This document shows positions 8,699 to 17,239 of a DNA stretch of 64,000 bases, in pieces. The notes beneath the pieces are model-generated. The model saw only the letters and a program-made list of their open reading frames with translations, was not told the DNA's origin and made no database searches. Origin of the DNA: a virus; IMG/VR virus record IMGVR_UViG_3300047409_000171, positions 6,156-70,155 of that record; one strand, given 5' to 3'. The position numbers and the translations under genes were made by a program. Position 1 is the stretch's first letter; each line of letters starts with the position of its first letter.

Positions 8699-9276
8699 CT
8701 GCAGAGGAATTGCTGGCATTCGAGGCCGACATCGCCGCCGAATTCGAGGCCGCGAAGATCGCCGCGCCCGTGCACCTCGCTGGCGGGAATGAGCAGGCTT
8801 TGATTGAACTGTTCAAGGACATCAAAGACGAGGATTATATTTGCTGCGGCTGGCGTTCTCATTACCACGCGCTGCTCAAGGGAGTCCCTCCGGAAGTTCT
8901 CAAAGCCTCGATCATGGAAGGTCGGTCGATTGCCCTCTGCTTCCCATCGCATCGGATGATCAGTTCGGCCATCGTTGGCGGCATCTGCCCGATTGCGCTA
9001 GGCATCGCATGGACATTGAAGCGCCAAGGAAAGCCCGGCAAAGTGTGGGTGTTTTTGGGGGACATGACCTGTTCAACCGGGATTTTCACCGAGACCATGC
9101 GCTATGCGATGGGCCACGACTTGCCGATCCAGTTCATCATGGAGGACAACGGCATGTCGGTTTGCGCTCCGACGCGGGAGGTGTGGGGGCTGGCCGGTGC
9201 TCCGCCGCCGTTCTTTGGGTATGCGTATGAGCTTACGAGGCCGCACGTTGGAATTAACAAGTGGATTTCGTTCTGA
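8695..9276 (+). CDS. TPP-dependent enzyme, E1 alpha-like subunit (short)
   Basis: HLAGGNE, WRSHYHALLKG, SAIVGG, GD...EDN TPP-binding motif. Confidence 0.85.
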   Translation: MTAEELLAFEADIAAEFEAAKIAAPVHLAGGNEQALIELFKDIKDEDYICCGWRSHYHALLKGVPPEVLKASIMEGRSIALCFPSHRMISSAIVGGICPIALGIAWTLKRQGKPGKVWVFLGDMTCSTGIFTETMRYAMGHDLPIQFIMEDNGMSVCAPTREVWGLAGAPPPFFGYAYELTRPHVGINKWISF

Positions 9277-10259
9277 TGGGTAAGCCCCTCGCGATTGACC
9301 TTTTCTGCGGCCTCGGCGGCTGGACTGACGGCCTGTTAGCCGAAGGCTACGACGTGATCGGTTTCGACATTGAGCGGCATCAGTACGGCGAGCACCGCTA
9401 TCCCGGCTCGCTGGTCATTCAGGACGTTTGCACGTTGCACGGATCGCAGTTCAAAGATGCCACGCTGATCGTCGCCTCCCCGCCCTGCCAGGAATACAGC
9501 TACATGGCGATGCCATGGAAGCGTGCGAAAGCCAAAGCTGCAGCGATTCGGGCCGACGAAACCGGCAAGATGCTGGCGGACCTAAACCGCCTATTCGATG
9601 CCTGTTTTCGCATCCAGAAAGAGGCGAGCATCGCGGCTGGCCGGCATATCCCGTGCGTGGTTGAGAACGTGCGCGGGGCAATCCCGTGGGTTGGCCGGAG
9701 CCGTTGGAATTTCGGCAGTTTTCACCTCTGGGGCGACGTGCCGGCGCTGATGCCGATGACAGCCAAGGCGATCAAAGTACCAACAATGGGCGCGGGCTGG
9801 TATCCGCCAGGCCATCCGAAACACGTCCCCGGGTTAGGCTTCAACACGCATGCTGAGCGCAACATGCGTGAGGACATCAAGAACGTGGGCGGCTCATGGT
9901 TTGCTGTGGCGCACAACACGACAAGCGGGAAGGGGCAAAATCCGGATGGGCGTAAACTGCCCGGCTTCCGCTTCGACGGCTCTGGAAAGACTTTCCAGAG
10001 CGCGAGCGTTGCGGCGACCGGAACGAAGGTTCCGAGCGGCCTGGGTCGGCGCACCGACCCAGGCAAGGGCGCACGCTTTACCTCGCGCGACTGCGGGATA
10101 GAGGGCACCAAGAACGGAAACGACTGGTTTGGGTCCGGCGAAAACTGTTCGCTGCAACGTAAGCACGGTTCCAAGTCGGGCGGTCGCAAGATGGCATCCG
10201 CCCTGATCGCCAAGATTCCGCTCCCTCTCAGCCGGCATATCGCGGTGACCTTCCGATGA
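9276..10259 (+). CDS. C5 cytosine DNA methyltransferase-like protein with C-terminal repeats
   Basis: DLFCGLGG (motif I), SPPCQ (IV), VENV (VI); start placed at the TGATG overlap. Confidence 0.8.
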   Translation: MGKPLAIDLFCGLGGWTDGLLAEGYDVIGFDIERHQYGEHRYPGSLVIQDVCTLHGSQFKDATLIVASPPCQEYSYMAMPWKRAKAKAAAIRADETGKMLADLNRLFDACFRIQKEASIAAGRHIPCVVENVRGAIPWVGRSRWNFGSFHLWGDVPALMPMTAKAIKVPTMGAGWYPPGHPKHVPGLGFNTHAERNMREDIKNVGGSWFAVAHNTTSGKGQNPDGRKLPGFRFDGSGKTFQSASVAATGTKVPSGLGRRTDPGKGARFTSRDCGIEGTKNGNDWFGSGENCSLQRKHGSKSGGRKMASALIAKIPLPLSRHIAVTFR

Positions 10260-10792
10260 CATACCATGACGAACTTGCCATAGCGATGAACCTTCTCGCC
10301 GATGACGAGAGGACAATCTTCCTTGGTCAGGGAGTCGCATGTGGCGGTACCTCAATGGCGTCGACGCTTAAAGATATTCCGATGGCGAAGCGCATTGAAA
10401 TGCCGGTCGCCGAAGAAATGCAGACAGGCATGGCGGTTGGGATGTCACTGCGGGGGCTGATCCCCATATCGATCATACCACGCTGGAACTTCATGCTTCG
10501 CGCCGCCGATGCCATCGTCAATCACCTCGACCGCCTATCGCTATATTCGGACTACCGCCCCAAGGTCATCATCCGCACCGCCGTCCCCAGCAAGTCCCCG
10601 TTCAATCCGGGCCCCCAGCACGACGACGACTTCACCGGCGCATTCCGTGCTATGCTGCGCACAACCGACGTCGTCTGCCTGCAGTCCGAGGAAGATATCG
10701 TCCCGCAGTACCAGAAGGCGCTGCACTCGCCGCGGAGTACAATCATTGTGGAATTCACTGATTTTTACCGGAATGCGAGGGGCAATGGCTGA
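10256..10792 (+). CDS. TPP-dependent enzyme, E1 beta/transketolase pyrimidine-binding subunit (short)
   Basis: IFLGQGV, IEMPVAEEMQTGMAVG, PRWNF, GPQH. Confidence 0.85.
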   Translation: MTYHDELAIAMNLLADDERTIFLGQGVACGGTSMASTLKDIPMAKRIEMPVAEEMQTGMAVGMSLRGLIPISIIPRWNFMLRAADAIVNHLDRLSLYSDYRPKVIIRTAVPSKSPFNPGPQHDDDFTGAFRAMLRTTDVVCLQSEEDIVPQYQKALHSPRSTIIVEFTDFYRNARGNG

Positions 10793-10997
10793 GAGCAAGA
10801 ACAACACGGCGCTTCATGTTACGGTCCATTTTGGAAGCGGCGTGCCGTTCGATGTGCAGGGCGTCGCATTATTGGATTTCGAGAGGAAGCTACGTACATT
10901 GATGGGAGGGGCTATCGTCGAGGTTTTCAAGGAAGCCAAGGATGACGATAGCAAGCTTCGATCAATGATGACGCCGGCTCAAAGGAACAAGCTATGA
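10785..10997 (+). CDS. Small hypothetical protein in sugar cluster
   Basis: GAGGGG RBS, MAESK start, coupled to the radical SAM gene. Confidence 0.6.
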   Translation: MAESKNNTALHVTVHFGSGVPFDVQGVALLDFERKLRTLMGGAIVEVFKEAKDDDSKLRSMMTPAQRNKL

Positions 10998-12160
10998 CAA
11001 CGCCCATGCCAGAGTTCGTTGATTCTATCGTTGGAGGATCGCACGATCTACAACTCGATGGGACCAAAATTGGCTGGTACAAGGAGCGCGTGTTGGCCTA
11101 CATGCGCGGCGAAAAGATTGCACCGATTACGATGGACGTCGCCCTTACTCGCCGCTGTCAGAGTGCCTGCAGATTCTGTTATGCATCGCTTCAATCTTCG
11201 GATGGAGGTGGAGAGATTACCAAGCAGCAAGCATTCGAGTTTTTTGAGGATGCTGCCGAGATTGGAGTTCGAGGAATTTCACTGATCAGCGATGGTGAGA
11301 GCACCAACGTTCCGTATTACGTTGAGGCAATCGAATACGCGGCGTCGCTCGGCCTTCAACTCGGGATTTCATCCAACGGCATATTGCTGACGCCAAATGT
11401 TCTCGAAAAGATCATGCCGTCGCTATCGTACCTTCGTTTCAATTTCTCCGGCGGTGAGCGCAAGCGCTACGCTGAGATTATGGGAATGAAGCAAGTGTGG
11501 TTCGACAAAATACAGGACCACATCAGGGCGGCGATGGAGATCAAGCGGCGCGATAAACTAGCGACCAACGTGAATATTCAGTTCGTTGTGGCCCCTGTGG
11601 ATGCGGATCAAATCTTGCCATTTGCTAGGCTGGCGAAGAAGATTGGGAACTCTGTTCCGGACAACGGCGGTTTTTACGGAATCATGAAACATTGTGCTGA
11701 TAGCGCGGACAACGCTCTCGGCGTTGACTACAAACAATACAGCGACTTGTTTCCTCTATTCGAGGAGGCGGAAGCAATGAGCGATGAGAATTGCAAGATC
11801 GTTGTGAAGTGGAGTCGCATTCAAGACGAAGGCAAGCGTCACTACACTCGCTGCATGGGACCGCCTTTTATTTTGCAGATGAGCGGGTCCGGGCTCATCG
11901 CTCCGTGCGGACAGAAATTCAACAACAAATACGCCAAATTTCACATCGGCCATATCCAGACTCAGCGCTTCCGAGACATCTTCAAGAGCGACCGCTACTG
12001 GGATGTTCTTGGCTATCTTAGTGGCGGCATGTTCCGCCCGGACCTAGAATGTGGCGAAAATTGTTTGCAGCAAAATAGCAACCAATGGTTGTCAGACTAT
12101 GTTGATGGCAAGGTTGATTTTCCGTCGTCTCCTCCTCCTCCTCACTTAGGATTTCTATAA
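10994..12160 (+). CDS. Radical SAM enzyme with SPASM-like C-terminus
   Basis: CQSACRFC (CxxxCxxC), DGE motif; C-terminal C...G.IAPC...IG...C..NC. Confidence 0.9.
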   Translation: MTTPMPEFVDSIVGGSHDLQLDGTKIGWYKERVLAYMRGEKIAPITMDVALTRRCQSACRFCYASLQSSDGGGEITKQQAFEFFEDAAEIGVRGISLISDGESTNVPYYVEAIEYAASLGLQLGISSNGILLTPNVLEKIMPSLSYLRFNFSGGERKRYAEIMGMKQVWFDKIQDHIRAAMEIKRRDKLATNVNIQFVVAPVDADQILPFARLAKKIGNSVPDNGGFYGIMKHCADSADNALGVDYKQYSDLFPLFEEAEAMSDENCKIVVKWSRIQDEGKRHYTRCMGPPFILQMSGSGLIAPCGQKFNNKYAKFHIGHIQTQRFRDIFKSDRYWDVLGYLSGGMFRPDLECGENCLQQNSNQWLSDYVDGKVDFPSSPPPPHLGFL

Positions 12161-12161
12161 C

Positions 12162-12797
12162 ATGAGCGGACCAAAAGGCCCATGGGATAAAACTTGCTAT
12201 CAATGCAAGGAAACAAAACCAACAGACCAATTCGCAAAACGCAGCAGCAAGTCCCTGCGTCTGTACCGCAATATCTGCACCGACTGCTGGAACGCTTATT
12301 ATCGTAAATTGAGAGACACCGATGAGCGTCGTGCTAAGGACGCTGCCAAAATGAGGGAGTGGCGCGGTAACCCAGAGAATAAAGAGAAAGAAAGAAAAAG
12401 GCGCCATGCCGCCAATGCGGCTAGCCCTGCCACTGTTTTTAGAATGGCGATTCACAACGCCAGAATGAGAGCTCCCATTGAGATTACACGAGATGACTTG
12501 TGGAGGTTATGGGAAGCGCAACATGGCAAGTGTGCATTAACTGGCATTGCTATGACGTGGGCAAAAGGCAAAATTCAACCTACGTCCATTTCTCTGGATC
12601 GTATTGATTCATCGCTCAATTATACTGTCGACAATGTTCGCTTCATTTGTCATGCGGTTAATGCCTTCAAGGGCGTTGGTAGTGATGATGAAATGCTCGT
12701 CATGGCCCGCGCCATCGTCGCGAAGGCCGACGAATCCGAACCTTCATGGCGCGGCTTCGGCTACAGCGCCAACGACCATATCCTGATGGTGCATTGA
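12162..12797 (+). CDS. HNH-like homing endonuclease
   Basis: N-terminal CxxC...CxxC; GKCALTG, SLDRIDS..YTVDNVRFIC.AVN..K. Confidence 0.8.
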   Translation: MSGPKGPWDKTCYQCKETKPTDQFAKRSSKSLRLYRNICTDCWNAYYRKLRDTDERRAKDAAKMREWRGNPENKEKERKRRHAANAASPATVFRMAIHNARMRAPIEITRDDLWRLWEAQHGKCALTGIAMTWAKGKIQPTSISLDRIDSSLNYTVDNVRFICHAVNAFKGVGSDDEMLVMARAIVAKADESEPSWRGFGYSANDHILMVH

Positions 12798-13472
12798 ATG
12801 GCCCTCACCCAATCCTCCCCCAAATTCTGGGCACCAAACCAGCGCGTTCTGGACTATCTGACCAACGAAGTCATCGCCAAGGACGCCAAGGTTCTGGACG
12901 TCGGGCCCGGGCATGCGCCATTCAAGCGGGCGAACGTATCAGTTGATTTTGTCGACGTGCCTGGCGTTGCCAATCTGGTGAAGTGCGATCTGGCGAATGA
13001 ACCGCTGCCGTTTGCAGATAAGGAGTTCGATTTCGTCTACGCGCGGCATATCCTCGAGGATATGTTCAACCCGTTCCCGCTGATTAAGGAAATGCAGCGC
13101 GTTGGCAAAGCTGGGTATATTGAATGCCCGTCGCCGATTGCTGAGTTAGGTCGCGGCGTTGATGGCGGCTCTCCGCCGTTCCGCGGATTTCACCACCATC
13201 GATACATCACATGGATGTTCGGCAAGGAACTGCGGCTGATCTCGAAATACCCGTTCGTCGAGTACCTGAAGTTTGACGATGCGGCGATCGACAAGATGCT
13301 GGCGCAGGACCGCTACTGGAATACTTATTGCTGTTGGGAGGGGGAGATTACATTCGCGCACCGACAGTCTCCATTGAATTTTGACATTCCTCGCGACTAC
13401 GCGCTGATCCTGAATGAGGCGATGGAGCGGTCGAAGGAAGCGACGGACATTTTCTTCTCCAACATCAAGTGA
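12798..13472 (+). CDS. Class I SAM-dependent methyltransferase
   Basis: VLDVGPG, LPFADKEFDFVYARHILED. Confidence 0.9.
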   Translation: MALTQSSPKFWAPNQRVLDYLTNEVIAKDAKVLDVGPGHAPFKRANVSVDFVDVPGVANLVKCDLANEPLPFADKEFDFVYARHILEDMFNPFPLIKEMQRVGKAGYIECPSPIAELGRGVDGGSPPFRGFHHHRYITWMFGKELRLISKYPFVEYLKFDDAAIDKMLAQDRYWNTYCCWEGEITFAHRQSPLNFDIPRDYALILNEAMERSKEATDIFFSNIK

Positions 13473-13476
13473 CGCC

Positions 13477-13662
13477 GTGGACGAATACGTCAAAGCCAAT
13501 AATTACGGTGCATGGGCCATTGGCCAGCCGCTTAAAAATGGACGATTCCAAGTGCGTCGGGTAGTATGGGGAACCATAATGGCGCGGTCCGAAAAGCGCG
13601 AAGGCGAACAAATCCGTCGCGCCGAAATCAACGTCAGAAAGCCGATAAAGCAATCCAAATGA
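13477..13662 (+). CDS. Hypothetical protein (start uncertain)
   Basis: Fills the gap; stop overlaps the next ATG. Confidence 0.45.
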   Translation: MDEYVKANNYGAWAIGQPLKNGRFQVRRVVWGTIMARSEKREGEQIRRAEINVRKPIKQSK

Positions 13663-14174
13663 AGCCACGCGAAGCATCACTCAGCCACGAAACCCTAACG
13701 CGGGTGCTGGACTACGATCCAGCAACCGGGGTTTTCGTGTGGAAAGAGCGCACGTCAAATCGGGTCAAGGTAGGTGCGGCGGCTGGCAACGTAACTCCCT
13801 TCGGATACATGTCGATCCAATTATTGGGATGGGCCTACCTCGCGCACCGCCTGGCATGGTTTTACGTTCATGGTGTCTGGCCTAAAGAGGAAGTAGACCA
13901 TCGTGATGGTGATGGGATTAACAACAAACTCTCGAATTTGAGAGAGGCTAACAGCTCACAGAATAAAATGAACCGAAGGCCACGGCCAGAGACCAAGGTT
14001 GGTCTTAAGGGAGTTTATCTCCACAAAGAAAATCCGCCTCAGTATAGGGCTCGGATTAAGTCGGCCGATGGGAAAGTGCATCACTTGGGTTTGTTCCCAA
14101 CGGCTGAAGAAGCTCACGCTGCATACGCTGCGGCATCACATAAGTATCATGGCGAATATGGGAGAAGTACTTGA
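13659..14174 (+). CDS. HNH endonuclease with AP2-like C-terminal domain
   Basis: YDPATGVFVW, AHRLAW, VDHRDGD..NN..SNLREA..SQN, HLG.F.TAEEA. Confidence 0.9.
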   Translation: MKPREASLSHETLTRVLDYDPATGVFVWKERTSNRVKVGAAAGNVTPFGYMSIQLLGWAYLAHRLAWFYVHGVWPKEEVDHRDGDGINNKLSNLREANSSQNKMNRRPRPETKVGLKGVYLHKENPPQYRARIKSADGKVHHLGLFPTAEEAHAAYAAASHKYHGEYGRST

Positions 14175-14950
14175 TGGCAAAGGACATTTTTATTTTTTGC
14201 CCTGCCTTCGGTCAGATTATTACCGCTACCACGTTCCTTACGACACACGCGGTTCGAGCCCTACTCGGCTCCAAGGGGATTGGCGGCGGGATATCAACGC
14301 TATCCTTTCCGGATATTGCGGAACTCCGCTCCATGGCCCTCACGATTTGGGCAGACACCATGCCCAATAGCACCCATATCCTGTTCATCGATTCCGATAT
14401 GGGTTTCCCGCCTGAACTGGTCACCGATATGATCATGTTCGACGAACCTTTGGTCGGCTGCATCTATCCGCAGCGTAAGCTTCCGCTCTCGTGGGCAGGC
14501 TCTGGGACGGGAGATAGCGTCACTGAGCGGCGTGGCGACTTCATGGAATGCGAAGGAGTTGGTTTTGGGTGCACTCTGATCCGCCGCGATTGCGTGGAGA
14601 AGATGATAGAGAAATACCCCGAGCTGATCGACACGCGCCTGCATCTCCACCCGGCCGGCGATACGTTGCGCCAAACCGGCACGAATCGCCTCTTGCGTTT
14701 CTTCGAGAAATTAGACCTTCCGGAACGCGGGGTGGTGTCGGAGGATTTGTCGTTCTGCATTCGGTGGCGGAATTGCAGCCCTGACAACAAGGTCTGGGCC
14801 GCGATCGGGCACCGGATCAGCCATGTTGGGCCGTATGATTTTGCGGCGCGGTATTTGGATATTGTTGAGCAGCAGCCCCAAGTGGCGGCGATGGAGGCGG
14901 TGAAGCCGATGTCGGACGAGCAGATTGCGCTGTTGCCGGCGGCGGAGTGA
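14171..14950 (+). CDS. Glycosyltransferase (GT-A fold)
   Basis: THILFIDSDM (DxD), GFGCTLIRR, SEDLSFC.RW, SHVG. Confidence 0.85.
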   Translation: MMAKDIFIFCPAFGQIITATTFLTTHAVRALLGSKGIGGGISTLSFPDIAELRSMALTIWADTMPNSTHILFIDSDMGFPPELVTDMIMFDEPLVGCIYPQRKLPLSWAGSGTGDSVTERRGDFMECEGVGFGCTLIRRDCVEKMIEKYPELIDTRLHLHPAGDTLRQTGTNRLLRFFEKLDLPERGVVSEDLSFCIRWRNCSPDNKVWAAIGHRISHVGPYDFAARYLDIVEQQPQVAAMEAVKPMSDEQIALLPAAE

Positions 14951-14952
14951 CG

Positions 14953-14977
14953 GGAACCAAAGGTTCCCCGCTGGGTT
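14953..14977 (+). promoter_or_regulatory. Putative EcfG/RpoE2/SigT general-stress promoter
   Basis: GGAAC-N16-GGTT just upstream of the GAGGA RBS of 15004-15255. Confidence 0.55.
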
Positions 14978-15003
14978 AGCCCTCTTTCACCGAGGACTTC
15001 ACC

Positions 15004-15255
15004 ATGTCCTGCTTCAGTCTCGTTTGGCTTCAACAAATGCTGGTCTGGCTGGTCATCGTGGCCGCTATCGTCGCGATCATCCGTCTTTTGATCCCGTGGA
15101 TCACCAGCATAACCTTCCCGATTGTGGGTCAGGTGCTTGAAATCGTCCTATGGGCGGTCTTGGCCATCATCGCGATCTACATCATATTCGCCTTGATTGG
15201 CTGCCTGCTTGGCATGGGAGGCGGGCTTCGGCTTCCTCCACTCCCAGGTAGATGA
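15004..15255 (+). CDS. Small two-TM membrane protein (moron-like)
   Basis: Two hydrophobic helices, GAGGA RBS. Confidence 0.75.
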   Translation: MSCFSLVWLQQMLVWLVIVAAIVAIIRLLIPWITSITFPIVGQVLEIVLWAVLAIIAIYIIFALIGCLLGMGGGLRLPPLPGR

Positions 15256-15287
15256 TTTGCCTCCCTATCCGCCTGCGCCCCCGAGCA

Positions 15288-15329
15288 TTTGTCGTGGGTG
15301 TTGACACGACAAAAGACTAGGCTTAGAAA
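15288..15329 (+). promoter_or_regulatory. Sigma70-like promoter overlapped by a palindromic operator
   Basis: TTGACA at 15301, TAGAAA 17 nt later; TTTGTCGTG-N8-CACGACAAA spans the -35. Confidence 0.55.
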
Positions 15330-15352
15330 GCGCCACTTCCTTGGAGACTGAC

Positions 15353-15490
15353 GTGCGCAACTTACGCATACACCTCACGACCGCCACCACACGGCGACTG
15401 CCAATGCAGTCGTATCCGTGGGCGTTGTCGTGCGTGGTGAAAGGTATCCAAGATAATCGGCCCGAATCCGGGCGCTGTTTTAGAACGTAA
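15353..15490 (+). CDS. Putative 45-aa leader peptide
   Basis: GGAGA RBS plus GTG; MRNLRIHLTT...GRCFRT*; followed by alternative hairpins. Confidence 0.45.
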   Translation: MRNLRIHLTTATTRRLPMQSYPWALSCVVKGIQDNRPESGRCFRT

Positions 15491-15493
15491 GAC

Positions 15494-15525
15494 GGTAGAG
15501 GTCTAACCTCTGCCGGAAGGCAGAG
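15494..15525 (+). promoter_or_regulatory. Two mutually exclusive hairpins (attenuator-like)
   Basis: GGTAGAGG/CCTCTGCC versus CTCTGCC/GGCAGAG share the 15508-15514 strand. Confidence 0.5.
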
Positions 15526-15687
15526 AGCCAAGACCCCGTTAAAAACCCTCCTGCCTGATTTTGCTGGCATGCCTCATGGATAAGTACGGTATTATGGCGC
15601 AAACGCCACAAGCGTTTCGCCGTGATGCCGACCACCTGAAAGGAGTGGTCTATGCGCGGGCTAATAGCGGCGGCGGTCGCAATTCTG

Positions 15688-16482
15688 CTAGGTGGCGTCG
15701 TTTCCGAACCGGTGATAACGCCCGGCGCTACTGCGAATCTCTTGTCCTATGTCCGTGAAGGTCATGAGTCCGCTAGCTTCGACCGTTTCGTGGGTGACCT
15801 TGATCAAATTCACCGAGTTGTACCGGTGGCAAAATTTCGTGATCCGCTCGGTTCCGAAGCCATCATCGTAATAGACGGCACCCCAAACGTACAGGTAAAG
15901 GCCTGCCTCGTTCCGGAGGTCGCCGTGATCATTGCCGAGATAAATGATTGGACCGCCTTGCCGCATAACGCCTCCCGGCGTGAGCGTGTTCTGCCCTTCA
16001 AGTTTGTCGGGGTCTATGCGGAAGGTCTGCCGCCTAGGGTTCAGGCTGGTAGACCATTCCATCAGCCAGCGGATTTCGCGGGCTGGCAAGTTTCCCACGT
16101 TTCGAATGTCGATATTGGGATGGCATTTATCCATGGAACTGGACGCACTGATGCCGCCCGGTTCGACGCTGATATAAGCGCGCTGGAGGATGCGGGTATC
16201 GCGCTCCTGAGCGGTGGCAGTGTCCTTGGTGGCCTCCCAGAGCTTGTTGGTAGAGAGCCACAGGGCGACCGTCGAGAAAGCGAGAACGACCGTAAAGCCA
16301 GCTACGAGTTCATGCTCGTAGGTGTGCAGGAAGTGTCTAATCGGCAGGATGCCAAGAGAGAAGAAAAGGCCGCCGAAGGCGGTACAGTGTCCTTGATCGT
16401 GGCTGTTGGCGGCTGCGCTTTGGTATATTGGCTGTTGGCACGTCGAAAGCAGCGAGTAGGCCACGTCGAACGCCAAGAGCAT
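15688..16482 (-). CDS. Membrane-anchored hypothetical protein, 5' end possibly clipped by the IS
   Basis: TM segment then RAYISV...RNVGNLPA...YVWGAVYYDDGFG; the frame runs up to the IS end. Confidence 0.65.
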   Translation of the reverse strand: MLLAFDVAYSLLSTCQQPIYQSAAANSHDQGHCTAFGGLFFSLGILPIRHFLHTYEHELVAGFTVVLAFSTVALWLSTNKLWEATKDTATAQERDTRILQRAYISVEPGGISASSSMDKCHPNIDIRNVGNLPAREIRWLMEWSTSLNPRRQTFRIDPDKLEGQNTLTPGGVMRQGGPIIYLGNDHGDLRNEAGLYLYVWGAVYYDDGFGTERITKFCHRYNSVNLIKVTHETVEASGLMTFTDIGQEIRSSAGRYHRFGNDAT

Positions 16483-16591
16483 CGCGACGAAGAACGCTAG
16501 CGGCTGACATGCCTATCCGGTTGACACCCACACATACCCATGCTAGTGTTCCTTCGTTGTCGGGCGATCTCGCCCTTTGATGGAGAGACAG

Positions 16592-16834
16592 ATGACTAAC
16601 GAAATGCGCGACCTTCTTCACAACGCTCAATGGGCCGTCGAATTGCTTTCGAAGCAGGCTCGCCCCTACAATCACGAATACACCTGCGTTGTGCGCCTTA
16701 CGCAGGCTATCGGGGCCGTTGAGCGCGGCTTTGCGGCGCAAGATGGCGGCAGCGTCGAGTGCCCGCATTGCCATTGGGGCTTCGCCCCGTCGGTCATTCA
16801 GCAACACATCGCCGAAAAGCATGTGGAGGGCTGA
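16592..16834 (+). CDS. IS passenger protein with C2H2-like Zn finger
   Basis: GGAGAG RBS; CPHC...HIAEKH. Confidence 0.65.
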   Translation: MTNEMRDLLHNAQWAVELLSKQARPYNHEYTCVVRLTQAIGAVERGFAAQDGGSVECPHCHWGFAPSVIQQHIAEKHVEG

Positions 16835-16837
16835 GCC

Positions 16838-17236
16838 ATGGTTAAGCAACCAAAACCGCAACATGCTGGGGAATGCCCCGGCTGCTTTCGCAAATCGGTT
16901 GGCTGTTCCAGCCCCGATTGCCCGATGACCATGCTGGCCAAGCTTCGCGCCGACCGCGATTTTGCGGCGACCCATGGCGACCACGCGGAAGCGTTGATCC
17001 TTAACGACCGGATTAACGACCTCAAGTCTGGCTCGATCAGTGGAACTGTCGAGCGTGTCACACAGCAATTTGAGAGCAACTTGACCCGAAGGCGGTACTA
17101 CGCACATCAGATCATCTGCCAGTGTCCATCCTGTCAGGGTCGCGGATACACCAATCCGGCTTTTAATTGCCGATGGTGCGCAGGAACCGGCGTCGTCTCG
17201 GAAGAGGACGCTGCGGCTTTCGGCCCGGAGAACTGA
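16838..17236 (+). CDS. IS passenger protein, Cys-rich (DnaJ-type CxxCxGxG repeats)
   Basis: CPSCQGRG...CRWCAGTG; GGAGGG RBS. Confidence 0.65.
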   Translation: MVKQPKPQHAGECPGCFRKSVGCSSPDCPMTMLAKLRADRDFAATHGDHAEALILNDRINDLKSGSISGTVERVTQQFESNLTRRRYYAHQIICQCPSCQGRGYTNPAFNCRWCAGTGVVSEEDAAAFGPEN

Positions 17237-17239
17237 GCC

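Noticed and set aside
15568-15590. CATGCCT...GATAAG as a third IS end making a composite element
   Set aside because: Only the first 7 bp match the IR contiguously and no target duplication pairs with the right end
15652-16500. 282-aa plus-strand ORF
   Set aside because: The overlapping minus-strand ORF has a more recognisable TM-plus-beta-domain pattern; this one is probably its shadow, though not fully excluded
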